From Octopus vulgaris (lineage: Eukaryota): a stretch of 64,000 nt of DNA. The position numbers and the translations under genes are program-made. Position 1 is the stretch's first letter; each line of letters begins with the position of its first letter. This document shows, piece by piece, positions 13,296-26,550 of this stretch. The notes under the pieces are model-generated. The model made no database searches. It saw nothing but the letters and a program-made list of their open reading frames with translations, and was not told the DNA's origin. The DNA is taken from positions 154,380,001-154,444,000 of the forward strand of contig OX597817.1 of assembly GCA_951406725.2 (NCBI GenBank), in the 5' to 3' direction.

Positions 13296-13685
13296 TCTAT
13301 ATATATAAAAGTGAAGTTGTGTGAGTGTCTGTCTCCTACGATTTAGATTCCTAACTACACCCACATTTTGCGGTGCAGTTTAACCAAATTCGGGTATCTT
13401 ATAGTCGTGATTCATATCGAGCCCTTCTAGGTATTAGCGCGCGTCTACGATGAGTCTACGATTTAAAAAGAAATTTACCATCATTTTTTCCATTTTAATG
13501 CATTTTGTCGCTATTATATAAGGGAAGTAACTCTCTAAAAATGTCTACGATGAGTCAATGATTTTAAAAAAATTTACCATAATTTTTTATTCCATTTTTA
13601 ATGCATTTTTTTGCTGTAACTCTCTAAAAATACTTATATAGTTATTTCCCTTACAAATCCGAGCAACGCCGGGCGATACTGCTAG
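13296..13685 (+). mobile_element. Non-autonomous Helitron
   Basis: TC...CTAG copy, about 260 bp upstream of the SLC45 exon acceptor. Confidence 0.88.
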
Positions 13686-13962
13686 TGTTTAATAAATAAA
13701 ATACTGGATGAGAAAACATTTGATTGAAAGGTTTAACGCTTATAATATAACACATTGTTAACAATGTTCATCTTTATTCATATTTATGACTTTTCAAGAC
13801 CCTTAAAAATAAAGTATCAAATTATACAATTCTGACAGTATTTCGATAACTATAAATGTGAATTTAAACGCATATGAGTTATTATATTGTATTTCATTGA
13901 ATTTTGATTTCATACTTTCTATATTTCTTTTTTCTTTTATTTTTAGATTTTCATCGCTCACT

Positions 13963-15433
13963 ATGTCACGGGCTTTATTTTTATCAACACTTCAGGCACT
14001 AAAAAATGTTAAAGAGAACCTTTACGTCCAGTACATTGGTATTAACCTTGCAAACATATCTAAACTACCTCCTGGATATACTAAGGTGCGAGAGAAGAAA
14101 TCGCGACTTGAAATGCTACAAATTACGGCCGCTGTTTGCGGAATAGAACTTTGCTATGCTGCCGAAACCGCTTTTGTAAGTCCCGTTCTTCTGAAGCTGG
14201 GTGTGCCAGTTACATACATGACCTGGGTCTGGTGCCTCAGTCCTCTTTTAGGTTTCTTTTTGGTACCAATTTTCGGATCAATGAGTGATAGATGTAAATT
14301 GCGTCTTGGTAGAAGACGACCGTTTATTCTTATGATGTCTGCTGGCATAATCGTTGGTTTGGTCTTAATTCCGAACGGCGAATACTTTGGAATATTAGCT
14401 GGTGACAAACCGCCTCTCAGTGATTACAGAGATAACATAAATGGAACGTTATTGTATACGAACTATGCAAGCAATTCGACGGTTGTGTCTATAGCTTCAT
14501 TTCCGAAACAACATATAGCATACCGAGGTATAATCTTAACTATAATCGGTGTTATATTATTAGATTTTAACTGCGACGCATGTCAATCACCTTCTCGGTC
14601 ATACTTACTCGATGTTACTATTCCGGAAGAACACAATACCGGTATAACAACTTTTACCATTATGGCCGGACTCGGGGGTAGTGTTGGATACATCATGGGT
14701 GGTATAGACTGGAATAATCAATCATTAGGAAGTGCATTCGAAGGACACGTTAGAACCGTTTTCATGGTTGTTTTAGGCATTTTCATTCCATGTGTTTTAT
14801 TAACGGTAACCAGCAGCAAAGAAATACCTTTGGAAGAATTAGATATCGATGTTGAAAAATATCAGAAGAAAAAGAAAAAAGTAGGAAAATCGAAATATGA
14901 GAAATTTGATAATGAAAGCGATACCAGCGATGAAAAAGAAAGTGATCATATTCCATCGTATGACTCTCTTGGAAGTTCTGAAACCGAAAAAAAAACAGCT
15001 CAAAATAATGAGCAGAGACACGATTCCAATGAGAGAACAGAGACTGAAAAACATGAAGATAAGGAAATGACTTACGAACAAATAAAAGAACCCGTTGATG
15101 CAAAAATGGATATCAAACAGAACGAAGCTATACAAATCTCAACAGACGTCACATTGAAAACATATCTTCGTTCAATAATACATATGCCTAAATCTTTATC
15201 AATTCTGTGTTTGACCAATTTGTTCTGTTGGATGTCTTTGGTTTGCTACTCCTTGTATTTTACAGACTTTGTGGGCCAGGCGGTATATCATGGGGACCCA
15301 AGTGCTCCCAGAGGTAGCATAAAACATGAACGATATGATAAAGGGGTGCGCCTGGGATCCTTTGCAATGTCATTATATTCGCTGTCTTGTGCTATATATT
15401 CTTACGTCTTTGAGAGATTGGTAAAGAAATTCA
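13963..15433 (+). CDS. SLC45A: SLC45-family (GPH/sucrose:H+ symporter-like) transporter, first coding exon (about TM1-TM8 plus the acidic central loop)
   Basis: ORF contains GIELCYAAETAFVSPVLL, GSMSDRCKLRLGRRRPFI, DFNCDACQSPSRSYLLD, LTNLFCWMSLVCYSLYFTDFVGQAVYHGDP and YDKGVRLGSF, all typical of SLC45. Pyrimidine tract + AG at 13945-13946, ATG at 13963, donor A|GTAAGT at 15434 (phase 1). Paralog number cannot be assigned. Confidence 0.95.
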
Positions 15434-17112
15434 GTAAGTAATATTTTTATCTTAATTTCAGAACTAATTGTACAAAATCTTGTTGAATTGAATATATTAC
15501 AATGTGTAACATGATTTTTGTCCTTTGGTAGCAGCTGTTATTTCCTATTTTTGATTACCACTAGAGAGTATGAAAAATAGCTAACATTGCCTTCAAACTT
15601 TGCTTTTGTTAAATTTATTCAAACCCCCAAAAATCCCTTTGAATACAAGGCTATGATTCTCACCCACTACTCTTGCTCATGATCTGAGATGCACATCTTA
15701 CTTGGATATATCTCCAATCAATTATCCATTGTTTTATGTTTTTTTTGTTTTGTTTTTGTTTGATTTTTGGGGGACGGGGTTCCAAAGACAAATGCTTAGT
15801 ATTTTTGACACACCACGTCTAGAAATCTTTGCTTATACTCTTTTAAATATGCAATCGGAGCAGAAGCGAAGTTGCATAGCTTTAAACGAGAACCAAACCA
15901 TTTCATGGTTTCAGTTTTCCGGAGAAGTAAATTTTTATAGTACGTTAGGCACCGATCTCTATAAGGGTTTCTTTATGACAAGGCAGAAAATCCCTCTGTA
16001 TGTTCCGAGATCATTGTGGACGTAAGTAAAATGAACTTGTATCAACGAGAATTAACTCACAAGGAGCCGCCTTTTTACTCTACAATACTTCTGTATTAAA
16101 AATGGTATACCATTGAGTGTCAAGCAAAAGACAGAAATAAACATACAGTAAACCTGGCCTATGATTTGGTCTTTGATTTCTGGTTGTAGCTTATATTTCA
16201 TACAAGTCACTATTTATAGAAAACCTGAACGTTACAAAATTTCATGTTTTCACATGTTCTTATATAAGAAATAGATATTGTATTAAGTCATGAAATGTCC
16301 TCTTTGACTTAAAAACATTTTGTAAAGACCAGCAGGAAGAGAAATCATCACAATGAATGTACTATTTAATTATTGAATTGCTAAATATTGTATATAATGA
16401 TCATTATACTTTTGAAATTTTAGATATTTTATACTGAATTACTTTAAAGAAAAAGATAGATTGTTTACGTCTTGGAAAATATCGTGACAAGGATAAAGAC
16501 AGTGTCTATTATTGACAATTGGCCTCATGGTGACACAAACAGAAAATTAAAGATGGTGTTCACATAGATTTAACCAACATTGTCTCGGGAATAATTAAGT
16601 TCATTATGGATTTCGTATCGAAGTATTTTATACAACTATATTTTCATATGCTACTTTAACTTTTGACAAACAAATAATATTGTGATATTGTGAATTGTGG
16701 CCTAGAGGATAAAATACTTCAACAAATTAATTAAGTTCCAAATTTATAACTCAAAACTATTCGACGATAAAATGTAAATTAACTGAGGATTTAAGTCACA
16801 TGTTGGCGTTGTTCGAATAAACTTATGACCAAAAGTATCCCATCCCGCCTTATACAGCCTCATTTTTCTCAGATGACAAGGTGTGATTGATGAAGATTTC
16901 TGCCATAATCAGATCTAACAGTTTTAAGGCTATTTCATTGATCGCTGGTGATTGTGATGGTTCATGTCGACTTATCATGTATCTAGAGAAAGCTAATCTG
17001 CTGGAGCCTGTCCTATAAGATATATGTATTGACTGATTTTAGTTTAACTCAGCAAATTAAAGTAACATTCTATTATGGTGTGCACTTTCTGTTTCTATCT
17101 GTTTGCAATACC

Positions 17113-17499
17113 TTGGAAGCACTCCGTCGGTTACGACGATGAGGGTTCCAGTTGATCCGAATCAACGGAACAGGCTGCTCGTGAAATTAACGTATAAGTG
17201 GCTGAGCACTCCACAGACACGTGTACCCTTAACGTAGTTCTCGGGGATATTCAGCGTGACACAGAGAGTGACAAGGCCGGCCCTTTGAAATACAGGTACA
17301 ACAGAAACAGGAAGTAAGAGTGAGAGAAAGTTGTGGTGAAAGACTACAGCAGGGATCACCACCATCCCCTGCGGGAGCCTCGTGGAGCTTTTAGGTGTTT
17401 TCGCTCACTAAACACTCACAACGCCCGGTCTGGGAATCGAAACCGCGATCCTATGACCGCGAGTCCGCTGCCCTAACCACTGAGCCATTGCGCCTCCAC
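17113..17499 (-). mobile_element. SINE family A
   Basis: TSD ttgcaatacc. Confidence 0.9.
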
Positions 17500-17519
17500 T
17501 TGCAATACCACAACTGACA

Positions 17520-19100
17520 GAAAACGAGAGAATTGCTAGTGTTGTGAAACAAGGAGTAGTAACGATGCTGAGAAAGAACACCAACAAAAGGGATGTAGAC
17601 AAATTTCGATCTATAACTCTATTGAATGGAGAGTTGAAGATTTTATCCAGGATGTTAGCAATTTGGTTCTTGTCGTGGCGGTCAAATCAGAGAACTGCAA
17701 ACATGAGCGATTCCGAACAAATCTATTCAAGACGACCTCAGCTCATGTATTACTACATAGAGTTTTTTATTTCTTTATTGCCCACAGGTGGTGGGGGCTA
17801 AACATAGAGGGGACAAACAAGAACAGACAAAGGGATTAAGTCGATTACATCGACCCAGTGCGTAACTGATACTTATTTAATTGACCCCAAAAGGATGAAA
17901 GGCAGAGTTTAAAATAAAACTGCTTTCAAAGGGACCTAATGAATTTGGTTTGGTTAAAATCTTTTTATAAGGTCGATAATTTTAACTTGATAACCGTTTT
18001 GAAAGCCACCGTTTACTGCTGTTTTCGGAGGCTATATAGCAAGGCACAGCAGCATTTGTTAGGGTGGTCAGGGCAAACATTCACCTCTGGAAAGCGTTTT
18101 TGCATCGCGCACTCAGTCTATCAAGGTTGTCCCATTTTACTTCTTCTGTACGTGCTGGATCTCGAACCACTGAGGAAGCTGCAATAGTTGAAAGGCATCT
18201 TTTCGAACTTAAACATAAGAATGCTACGTCAGGGTACGCAGATGATGTCATCTTCATGGTCCCAGACGTCACCGAAACAGAGGTGGTCCGCACCATTCCG
18301 AAGGAATACGGAAAGGTGGCAGGAGAAAAATAGTCATCACAGACAGGTTGATAAGCAGTTCGACACCTAAAGAAACAAATTCATTCCATAGTGAGGCGCT
18401 GGACCCCTCTACGCTTAAACTGTTCAGAGTACAGTTCGGTATCGACTTCCGAGTGGACCGGAACTGAGACATGGTAATGAGCAAGGTGGCCAATCTTACC
18501 TGAGTGGAATTATCCCTGAAAGGGAAGCACTCCGTCGGTTACGACGACGAGGGTTCCGGTTGATCCGATCAACGGAACAGCCTGCTCGTGAAGTTAACGT
18601 GTAAGTGGCTGAGCACTCCACAGACACGTGTACCCTTAACGTAGTTCTCGGGGATATTCAGCGTGACACAGAGAGTGACAAGGCCGGCCCTTTGAAATAC
18701 AGGTACAACAGAAACAGGAAGTAAGAGTGAGAGAAAGTTGTGGTGAAAGAGTACAGCAGGGATCACCACCATCCCCTTGCCGGAGCCTCGTGGAGCTTTT
18801 AGGTGTTTTCGCTCAATAAACACTCACAACGCTCGGTCTGGGAATCGAAACCGCGATCCTACGACCGCGAGTCCGCTGCCCTAACCACTGGGTCATTGCG
18901 CCTCATATCCCTGGAAGACGGGGTAGATGACGCAGACGCCCACATTGCCGCCGTTATCGCAGTTAAAATCTGATCAGACTGGAGCGTTTGCGCTTCGGTT
19001 TCTTGGGAAAGACAAGAATTTTCCTCATGTCTTGTCCACATTTGAATAATTGGTCTTCTACAACTATCTCTGGTATCTCGGAAAGACGAATTGAAATTCT
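17520..19100 (+). pseudogene. Decayed L1/Tx1 reverse transcriptase remnant, interrupted by SINEs
   Basis: Frameshifted motifs GVVTMLRK, FRSITLLNGELKILSRMLA, VYQGCPILLLLYVLDLEPL and GYADDV. Confidence 0.8.
18523..18904 (-). mobile_element. SINE family A inserted in an L1/Tx1 remnant
   Basis: TSD approximately tatccctgRaag. Confidence 0.9.
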
Positions 19101-19175
19101 AATGAGCTGTTAGAAGCAACAAAACTAGTTGATCTTTATTCACATCTTACACTGCAAAGAGAAGAAAGAACCTAT

Positions 19176-19383
19176 ACTCTTTTACTCTTTTACTTGTTTC
19201 GGTCATTTGACTGCGGCCCTGCTGAAGCACCGCCTTTAGTCGAGAAAATCGACCCCAGGACTTATTCTTTGGAAGCCTAGTATTCTATCGGTCTCTTTTG
19301 CTGAACCGCTAAGTTACAGAGACGTAAACACACCACCATCGGTTGTCAAGTGATGTTGGGGGGACAAACACAGACAAACAAGC

Positions 19384-19423
<40 letters not shown>

Positions 19424-19512
19424 GACGGGCTTCTTTCAGTTTCCGTCTACCAAATCCATTCACTAGGCTTTGGTCGGCTCGAGGCTATAGTAGAAGACAC
19501 TTGCCCAAGGTG
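19176..19512 (-). mobile_element. SINE family B, 5' truncated
   Basis: Reverse-complement match to 9318-9730. Confidence 0.85.
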
Positions 19513-20663
19513 CCTATGCATAACAAATTAAAAGCTAACTAGAAATATTTCGTTTTTTTATTTGGTTTGCATGATTCTTGGTGTGAACTAATGTTCTCAT
19601 ATTATTGGCGTAAATTTTCCACCGTGATACAATAAATAACCTGAAATAATTTGCGGAGAAAAAGATACATATTAGTCAGTTACCAATATCATTTTCATTT
19701 TCTTCTCCTATGCATTAATATGGTAGATCAAACTTGACTATTTATCATGTGGATAACATTTTTTTAATTATATAATCATTCAATATTTCAGTTATATGTA
19801 TACATACGACGATTTTCCGCACAGTTTCCATTTAGCAAATTCACTCAGCCCAATGTTGTAGTAGAAGATATTTAGCTAAGAATAGAGTCGATTTCAGTGT
19901 GTGTGTGTGTGCATTCTGAATAAGATTTAACTAATTAATATTCGAATTATTTTTAAGTAACCTGATTTTAAAAATCATTAAAGCTTTATTATTTGCTGTT
20001 GGTTGTGTTGTTTTACCAAGTTTTATATAAAGTAATTTGAAATGCACTGAATGTATATAACTGGGTTTTTTTTATGCGTGCATACCATTTATTTAGCTGC
20101 CAAGAAAGATTGGATTTGCCATTCAGTCAGTCAACCCATCAAAGCTATAAAATTACAAGTACTTGAGCGTGGAATTAACTTGACAAGTAAAGTAAGCATG
20201 TAAATTAAAATCCGTTCCATTGACTGAATTCATCAGTCAAAATCCATGAAATTCTATATTTACTGCTTGGATTACCTCATTCTCTGCTAATCAATGTCTC
20301 CCATTTCCTAGTCAAAGGATCATATCTATTGTGATTTATTAAGATCTCAGTCACTGGTTGTTGCAACGAGATGTTGCTGCTAGCTTTTATCATAACGTAT
20401 AAAACTGGCCAAAAAATGTTTCGCAGTATTTCTTCCGGATCTTTACAATCTGAGTTCAAATAACGCCGAGGTCAACTTTGGTTTTCATTCTTTCGAAGTT
20501 GATGAAAATAAGAAACTTGTCGAAGACTAGTATTGATGATATCGACTAAACCCCTCTCCTCAAAACTGCTGTGTAAATATTTTAATCAGAGAGGCACACA
20601 TGTATTTATTTGTTGCTTGAGATTCTTTAACATAATCAAATTAATAGTATTAAATATTTCGTA

Positions 20664-21050
20664 GTGGAGGCGCAATGGCCCAGTGGTTAGGGCAGCGGAC
20701 TCGCGGTCGTAGGATCGCGGTTTCGATTCCCAGGCCGGGCATTGTGAGTGTTTATTGAGCGAAAACACCTAAAAGCTCCACGGGGCTCCGGCAGGGGATG
20801 GTAGTGAACCCTGCTGTACTCTTTCACCACAACTTTCTCTCGCTCTTTCTTCCTGTTTCTCTTGTACCTGTATTTCAAAGGGCCAGCCTTGTCACTCTCT
20901 GTGTCACGCTGAATATCCCCGAGAACTACGTTAAGGGTACACGTGTCTGTGAAGTGCTCAGCCACTTGCACGTTAATATCACGAGCAAGCTGTTCCGTTG
21001 ATCGTATCAGCTGGGACCCTCATCGTCGCAACCGACGGAGTGCTCCTATA
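20664..21050 (+). mobile_element. SINE family A
   Basis: 16-bp TSD tattaaatatttcgta. Confidence 0.9.
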
Positions 21051-21949
21051 TATTAAATATTTCGTAATGGGTGTGTCTTCACTTGACTTCTGTCAACGCT
21101 TCTGATTTGTTGGGCGTTATCGCTTATGTTTGGTCCTAACGCGAACTCAATTTCATGGATTGGAAGAGAAAATAAAACCATATGGCGTGCTTATCTTCCT
21201 AAATAATGAAGGTGGGAAGGCTACCACTGAAAACCGAAACCAGGTTGTTGATTCCAATCGCATCGAGTTTATCTCTGCAATGCCAGTGGAGGGAAATTGT
21301 TGGCATCGTTGATATAGCGTCGAAAAAATATCTCGCAATATTTCTTAGGGGCTTTGTGCGTTCTGAATTCAAATTTCCTTGAGGTCAACGTTGTCTTTCA
21401 AAACTCCGGGGTCGAATAAATAAAGTTCTGATGAAGTACTAGGGTACATTTAATCGACTAATTTTTCTGTCAAATTTGAGGCCCCTGTGCTTATGTTAAA
21501 AATTTCTTTAAAATTCCGCTCTTACCTGGTAATTCCACTCTTACCTGAGTAGAATTATCCCTGCAATGCGGGGTAGATGAAGCAGACACCCACATTGCCA
21601 TTGTTATGGTAGTTAAGATCTGATCAGATTGGAGCGTTTGCGCTTCGGTTTCTTGGGGAAGACAAGAATTGATCTGGGAGAATCATTAGAGCGTCTGAGA
21701 AAATGTTTTGCAGAATTTGTTCTGGCTTTTTAACTTTAGAGATCAAATCCTGCATAAGTCAACTTTATTTTACATCCTACCGGGGTCTATAAAACAAAGT
21801 ACCAGTCAAGTACTAGTGTCGATGGTTTCGACTAATTCTCTTCCCTAAAAATTCCTGACCTTGTACCTTCAACAGAAACCAGTATTACAATATAGCTATT
21901 ATATGCCAATTTAGTTAACAGGGATGTTGTCTTGAATTTTGGTGACAAC

Positions 21950-22200
21950 AATCATCCTCTATTCTCAAGAACCTTTCTTAGGATTCTTGTAGATTATAGA
22001 ATGGCACATTTCTGCACATTAACAATGCATAATATACTTCAGCTTCTTAGGTAACAATTTGAGTGCTGTGCCACGTGCACCAGTTACTACAGGAACAATT
22101 GTCATCTTTGTCTTCCACAATCTTTTCATCTCCCAGGTCAAGTGCTACTATTTCTCAATTTTCTCAGTTTCTTTGACATCCACTTGATTGTTATGCGCTA
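21950..22200 (-). mobile_element. RLE (R4-like) LINE C-terminal fragment
   Basis: Minus strand KETEKIEK..LTWEMKRLWKTKMTIVPVVTGARGT. Confidence 0.65.
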
Positions 22201-22239
22201 TTTAAATATTTGAGAAATTACAGTACGTGCCTTTTTTGT

Positions 22240-22348
22240 TTACCTCGCGCACGTAAGCGAAAGTGTGGTGTTGTAATCACTCGTCTTTTTTTGTCTGTAT
22301 GTTTGCAAAAATACTGTAAAACGGCTGAAATGCGACTGTGTGTGTGCA

Positions 22349-22431
<83 letters not shown>

Positions 22432-22610
22432 AGAGATGGATGCAAGAGTTTCGTTTATTTACCGAAGTATAAATACCTATAATGGTGACACTTATAAAGA
22501 TATTAATTCAGTTCAATTAATAAGCATGGGTAAGCAACGCATTGTAAGCCACACTATAATTTGCAAAAGAAATTATCTGCGCGCAGGGTATGCATTGCTC
22601 CTCCAATTCT
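22240..22610 (+). mobile_element. Possible Helentron-associated (DINE-1/HINE-like) element
   Basis: Short subterminal inverted repeats acctcgcgca / tgcgcgcagggt, internal (TG)n, T-rich flanks. Confidence 0.35.
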
Positions 22611-23880
22611 TTTTTTTTTATCATTTTATTTTATTTTTGTACACTACAATTTCATCTGGTCTCCTGGGTCAGTAGTATGGTCAGTTTTATAGAGAAATCC
22701 CATAAAATTCTATAATTATTTTTCACTTTCATAGCTTCTGGCTCGTGTTCATTCGAATTTTCTGTCTCTTTGAATCCACACACCCGCCTAATATCCCAAT
22801 ACGTTCTTTAATCTATACAGTCATGCCGGCACATATACTCTTTTTGTTTTAGAGTTTCACTTAAAGATGGTTAATACTTTCGTCTCCTTTTCCATAAATT
22901 CTGTATTTGCTCTCTGGCTGAGTTTATTCATTCTTACCTTCATTAAAATCGTTTTTATAGCTTATTACTGAGCAGTTGTCATCAGCGGTTCAGCTTTTTG
23001 TATCAGATCTCAATTGATCAGCCTGCGTTCTTTACTTCCAACATGAATTGACTATGTAAATCTTCCTTCCAACCATCTGTCTTGTCATTCGCCCTTCTGT
23101 TCTTGAATTCTTCTTTTGTTTCAGTAACTTTTTGGATATCTCTGACCACAACAGGGCTCTTCAAACCAAGTATTGATGCATTAACAGTGTCTTCTGCAGT
23201 TAACATGCCTCTGTTTCTTGTCTGCCTTGGTTGAAGAGCTTGTCGATAATTTAGAATAGTGTGCGCTGTGAAATATGAGCACCGGCTGATTTAATATGAT
23301 CGATTAAATCGGTCAGATATTAATGCATTGATTCAGCAGTGATGAAATCTAAAGCAACTTACGATTTTAAATTTCAGAATGGAGAAGAGGAGGGCGAAAC
23401 AGCAATATACTTAATCTGTTATTCAACTTAATCTCTCACTCTCACTTCAGTGACACTTTATTGTCGTTGTACTAGTTTCTTTTGATGTATACATAGCCAG
23501 TCTGAATATCTGCACCAGAATATACCTCCTCTAAACGTTTGTTTAGGCAGGACTGACAAGTTTCATACGTGCAGGTGTTCCTTCTTCATGCCACCTGCTT
23601 TATTCAAAAGAAAAGTGTTGCTGTAGGTATTACCATGAGAACACAAAAAGCTGAAACAAACAGTAAGCCATCATATCCGACTCTAGCAATTCTACCAATA
23701 CACTGCTTTGGATTATCCCTTCATAATCATCCCATAAAGATAAAAGATAATGTTAACTTCGGTAGGATTTGAACTTGGAGTGTAGTGAGTCAGGACAAAT
23801 ACTGCAATGCAACCTATTCGAATTAAAGCTATTTTACTCAAGAGCTGATACAGGATTTATTGAAACCCACTTCAGATAGT

Positions 23881-24267
23881 GGATGGAAGCACTCAGTCGG
23901 TTACGACGATGAGGGTTCCGGTTGATTCGAATCAACGGAACAGCCTGCTCGTGAAATTAACGTGTAAGTGGCTGAGCACTCCACAGACACGTGCACCCTT
24001 AACGTAGTTCTCGGGGATATTCAGCGTGACACAGAGAGTGACAAGGCCGGCCCTTTGAAATACAGGTACAACAGAAACAGGAAGTAAGAGTGAGAGAAAG
24101 TTGTGGTGAAAGACTACAGCAGGGATCACCACCATCCCCTGCGGGAGCCTCGTGGAGCTTTTAGGTGTTTTCGCTCAATAAACACTCACAATGCTCGGTC
24201 TGGGAATCGAAACCGCAATCCTATGACCGCGAGTCCGCTGCCCTAACCACTGGGCCATTGCGCCTCC
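23881..24267 (-). mobile_element. SINE family A
   Basis: TSD ttcaRatagt. Confidence 0.9.
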
Positions 24268-25115
24268 TTCAAATAGTAGCTGTAAAGCAAAGTATTTTCA
24301 AAAGGTTTCAGTTTAATTCTTGGTGTATTGGAATATTTTCATTAATTTTCACTGTCTGTAACGCTAACATCTTCTGTTATGTTTAGGTGAATCATTTCCT
24401 CAAATTCTTGATCAGTTTCGAAGTCCATTAGCTTTATTAAGCTTTTCAATAGCATTACAGCGAATAATCTTTCCAGGTTCAAAATATGGGAATGAGTAAT
24501 TCACTAAAGTTACTGTTGTTTAAGTTACACTAAAGTTACAGTTGATAACTGTACAGATTATCTTCATCATCGCAGGAATCAATGCTCTTAAGCTGCTTCT
24601 CTATCAATCAGACTGATTTCATTATTATAGACTCAACGAGAACATCAAGATTTTGCTGAAGCTGTGTTCTTTAATGAAAGAAGATGGAAGTATACCGTCA
24701 CTACTAAAAAAAAGGGCCATTTCATCTACCAAGCTTTGATAACATTCTGACCTTCGTTTCCACTTTCAAGACCGTTTTAGCAGTCTTTCAACTCTGAAAT
24801 AGCTATCAGTAGTCCCCTGTTATGACAGTCTCCCTCCTAATCTAAATATTTGTGAATCTTTGATTCATTGCGTCATCATTTATGTATAACAGTCCAGTGA
24901 GCATAATTTCTTTGTTATTATTCTCACCTATGATCATTTATAACCTGTCTCTTCTTTTAGAAATGGAAGCAAAAAGGACAATAGATACTTATAACCCGAT
25001 TCAGTTGGTAATTTGCTGTAAACGTTTAACATGTTTACACAAAGATTATGTCAACATGCCCGCTACTATTTCTACCCGTTACAAGCAGAACGACTACTAT
25101 ATATATATATATATA

Positions 25116-25324
25116 GCCGCCATGATAGATCGTTAGCCACTACACACCTTTTTTTCTCTCCTTTTTCTCTCTATGTTTCTCTCCTTGTTTTTTCTGTGTC
25201 CCTTTCTGTAGAAGAGCGTAGGCTCGAAACGTAAAAGACTTTTTCTATTCCTAAGCGTTATACTAATACATCTATTTGTTTTGTACACCACCTATCTTCG
25301 TCTTTTGTTTTTTTCGTAAACTCT

Positions 25325-25329
<5 letters not shown>
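25116..25329 (+). mobile_element. PLE-like fragment in (TA)n with a minimal hammerhead-like motif (25198-25240)
   Basis: cttt-CTGTAGA-a-gagc(gtag)gctc-GAAA-cgta-aaag; flanked by (TA)n. Confidence 0.7.
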
Positions 25330-25380
<51 letters not shown>

Positions 25381-26458
25381 AACAGTAAGAGTATCATAAT
25401 TTCTCATTGAGTATGAACAAGTGACCAAACTGAATGTCTGCATGTCATGGTTGCTAAGCGAGTATCCATTGAGCTCATACAACAGGCTTTGACCAAGTAT
25501 CAGAGTGTTTTTCATTGCATGATGTGTACTGGATGATCAGTTTTGGACCTGTGTAGCATTTGTGTAAATTTGACCATAGAACGCTGCAGAGACAGACAAC
25601 ATTCCAGTTGAGGAATGAATTACGTATCACCTTAAACTCTCCAACAGTAAATACCGTCTCTGCTTAAAAACCACATCTGATCACAGTTTTACTCCACGTT
25701 CAGAATATTTTGGCAAAATTTAAAGTTAATCCAAGCCAAATAATGCTACATTTCTAGTCATTTGAGGTGCAGAAAGAATGAAATGATGAAAGGATGAGTG
25801 GCAAAAACATTCAGAACATTACGTTCTGAGTTCAAATTCCGCCGAGGTCGACTTTGATTTCATCATTTCGGGGTCGATAAATTAAGTACTAGTTATGCAC
25901 TGAGGTCGATGTAATCGACTTAATCTCTTTGTCCTTGTTTGTCCCCCTCTTTGTTTAGCCCCTTGTGGGCAATAAAGAAATAAGAAAGGATGAATGATTT
26001 TCATTACAGATAGAATATTTTATATACTGTATAACAATTTAAGAAAAGCCATTTATTAGAATGTTCAAATCCTAGGTTTCTACATAAATCCCAGTGGATT
26101 ACTCTCCCTAAGTTGTCATGTCTTGTATTATTTCTGTGCCAGCATGCTACATTCACTTATTATTTGTAATACAATTTGTATGAAACTAATATGATAGCAT
26201 ATTAATACATTTCTACGAAAGACTGACCTCCTTTTCTCACACATATGCAGTGCAGGATAAGTATAGATGAAATAAAATGAAAGTATTATTCTACGAAAGG
26301 AAGTATAAATATAAAAATAAATTGTTTAACTTCTAGGTCACACTTTACGGCGAAAATATGTCAGGATTAGTTATGGTTCGAAATACTTTTCAAGTCAAGG
26401 TCTATAAATATTGACAGATACAAACATATTATTCTAATAATATACATTATTATTATTA

Positions 26459-26550
<92 letters not shown>

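Noticed and set aside
13858-13962. 35-codon N-terminal extension of the 527-aa ORF
   Set aside because: Starts at GTG and runs through the pyrimidine tract and AG acceptor (13945-13946); intronic or UTR sequence.
15930-15965. STLGTDL resembling the SLC45 C-terminal RGLGTD motif
   Set aside because: Wrong order (upstream of the TM9-10 exon) and no following transmembrane helices.
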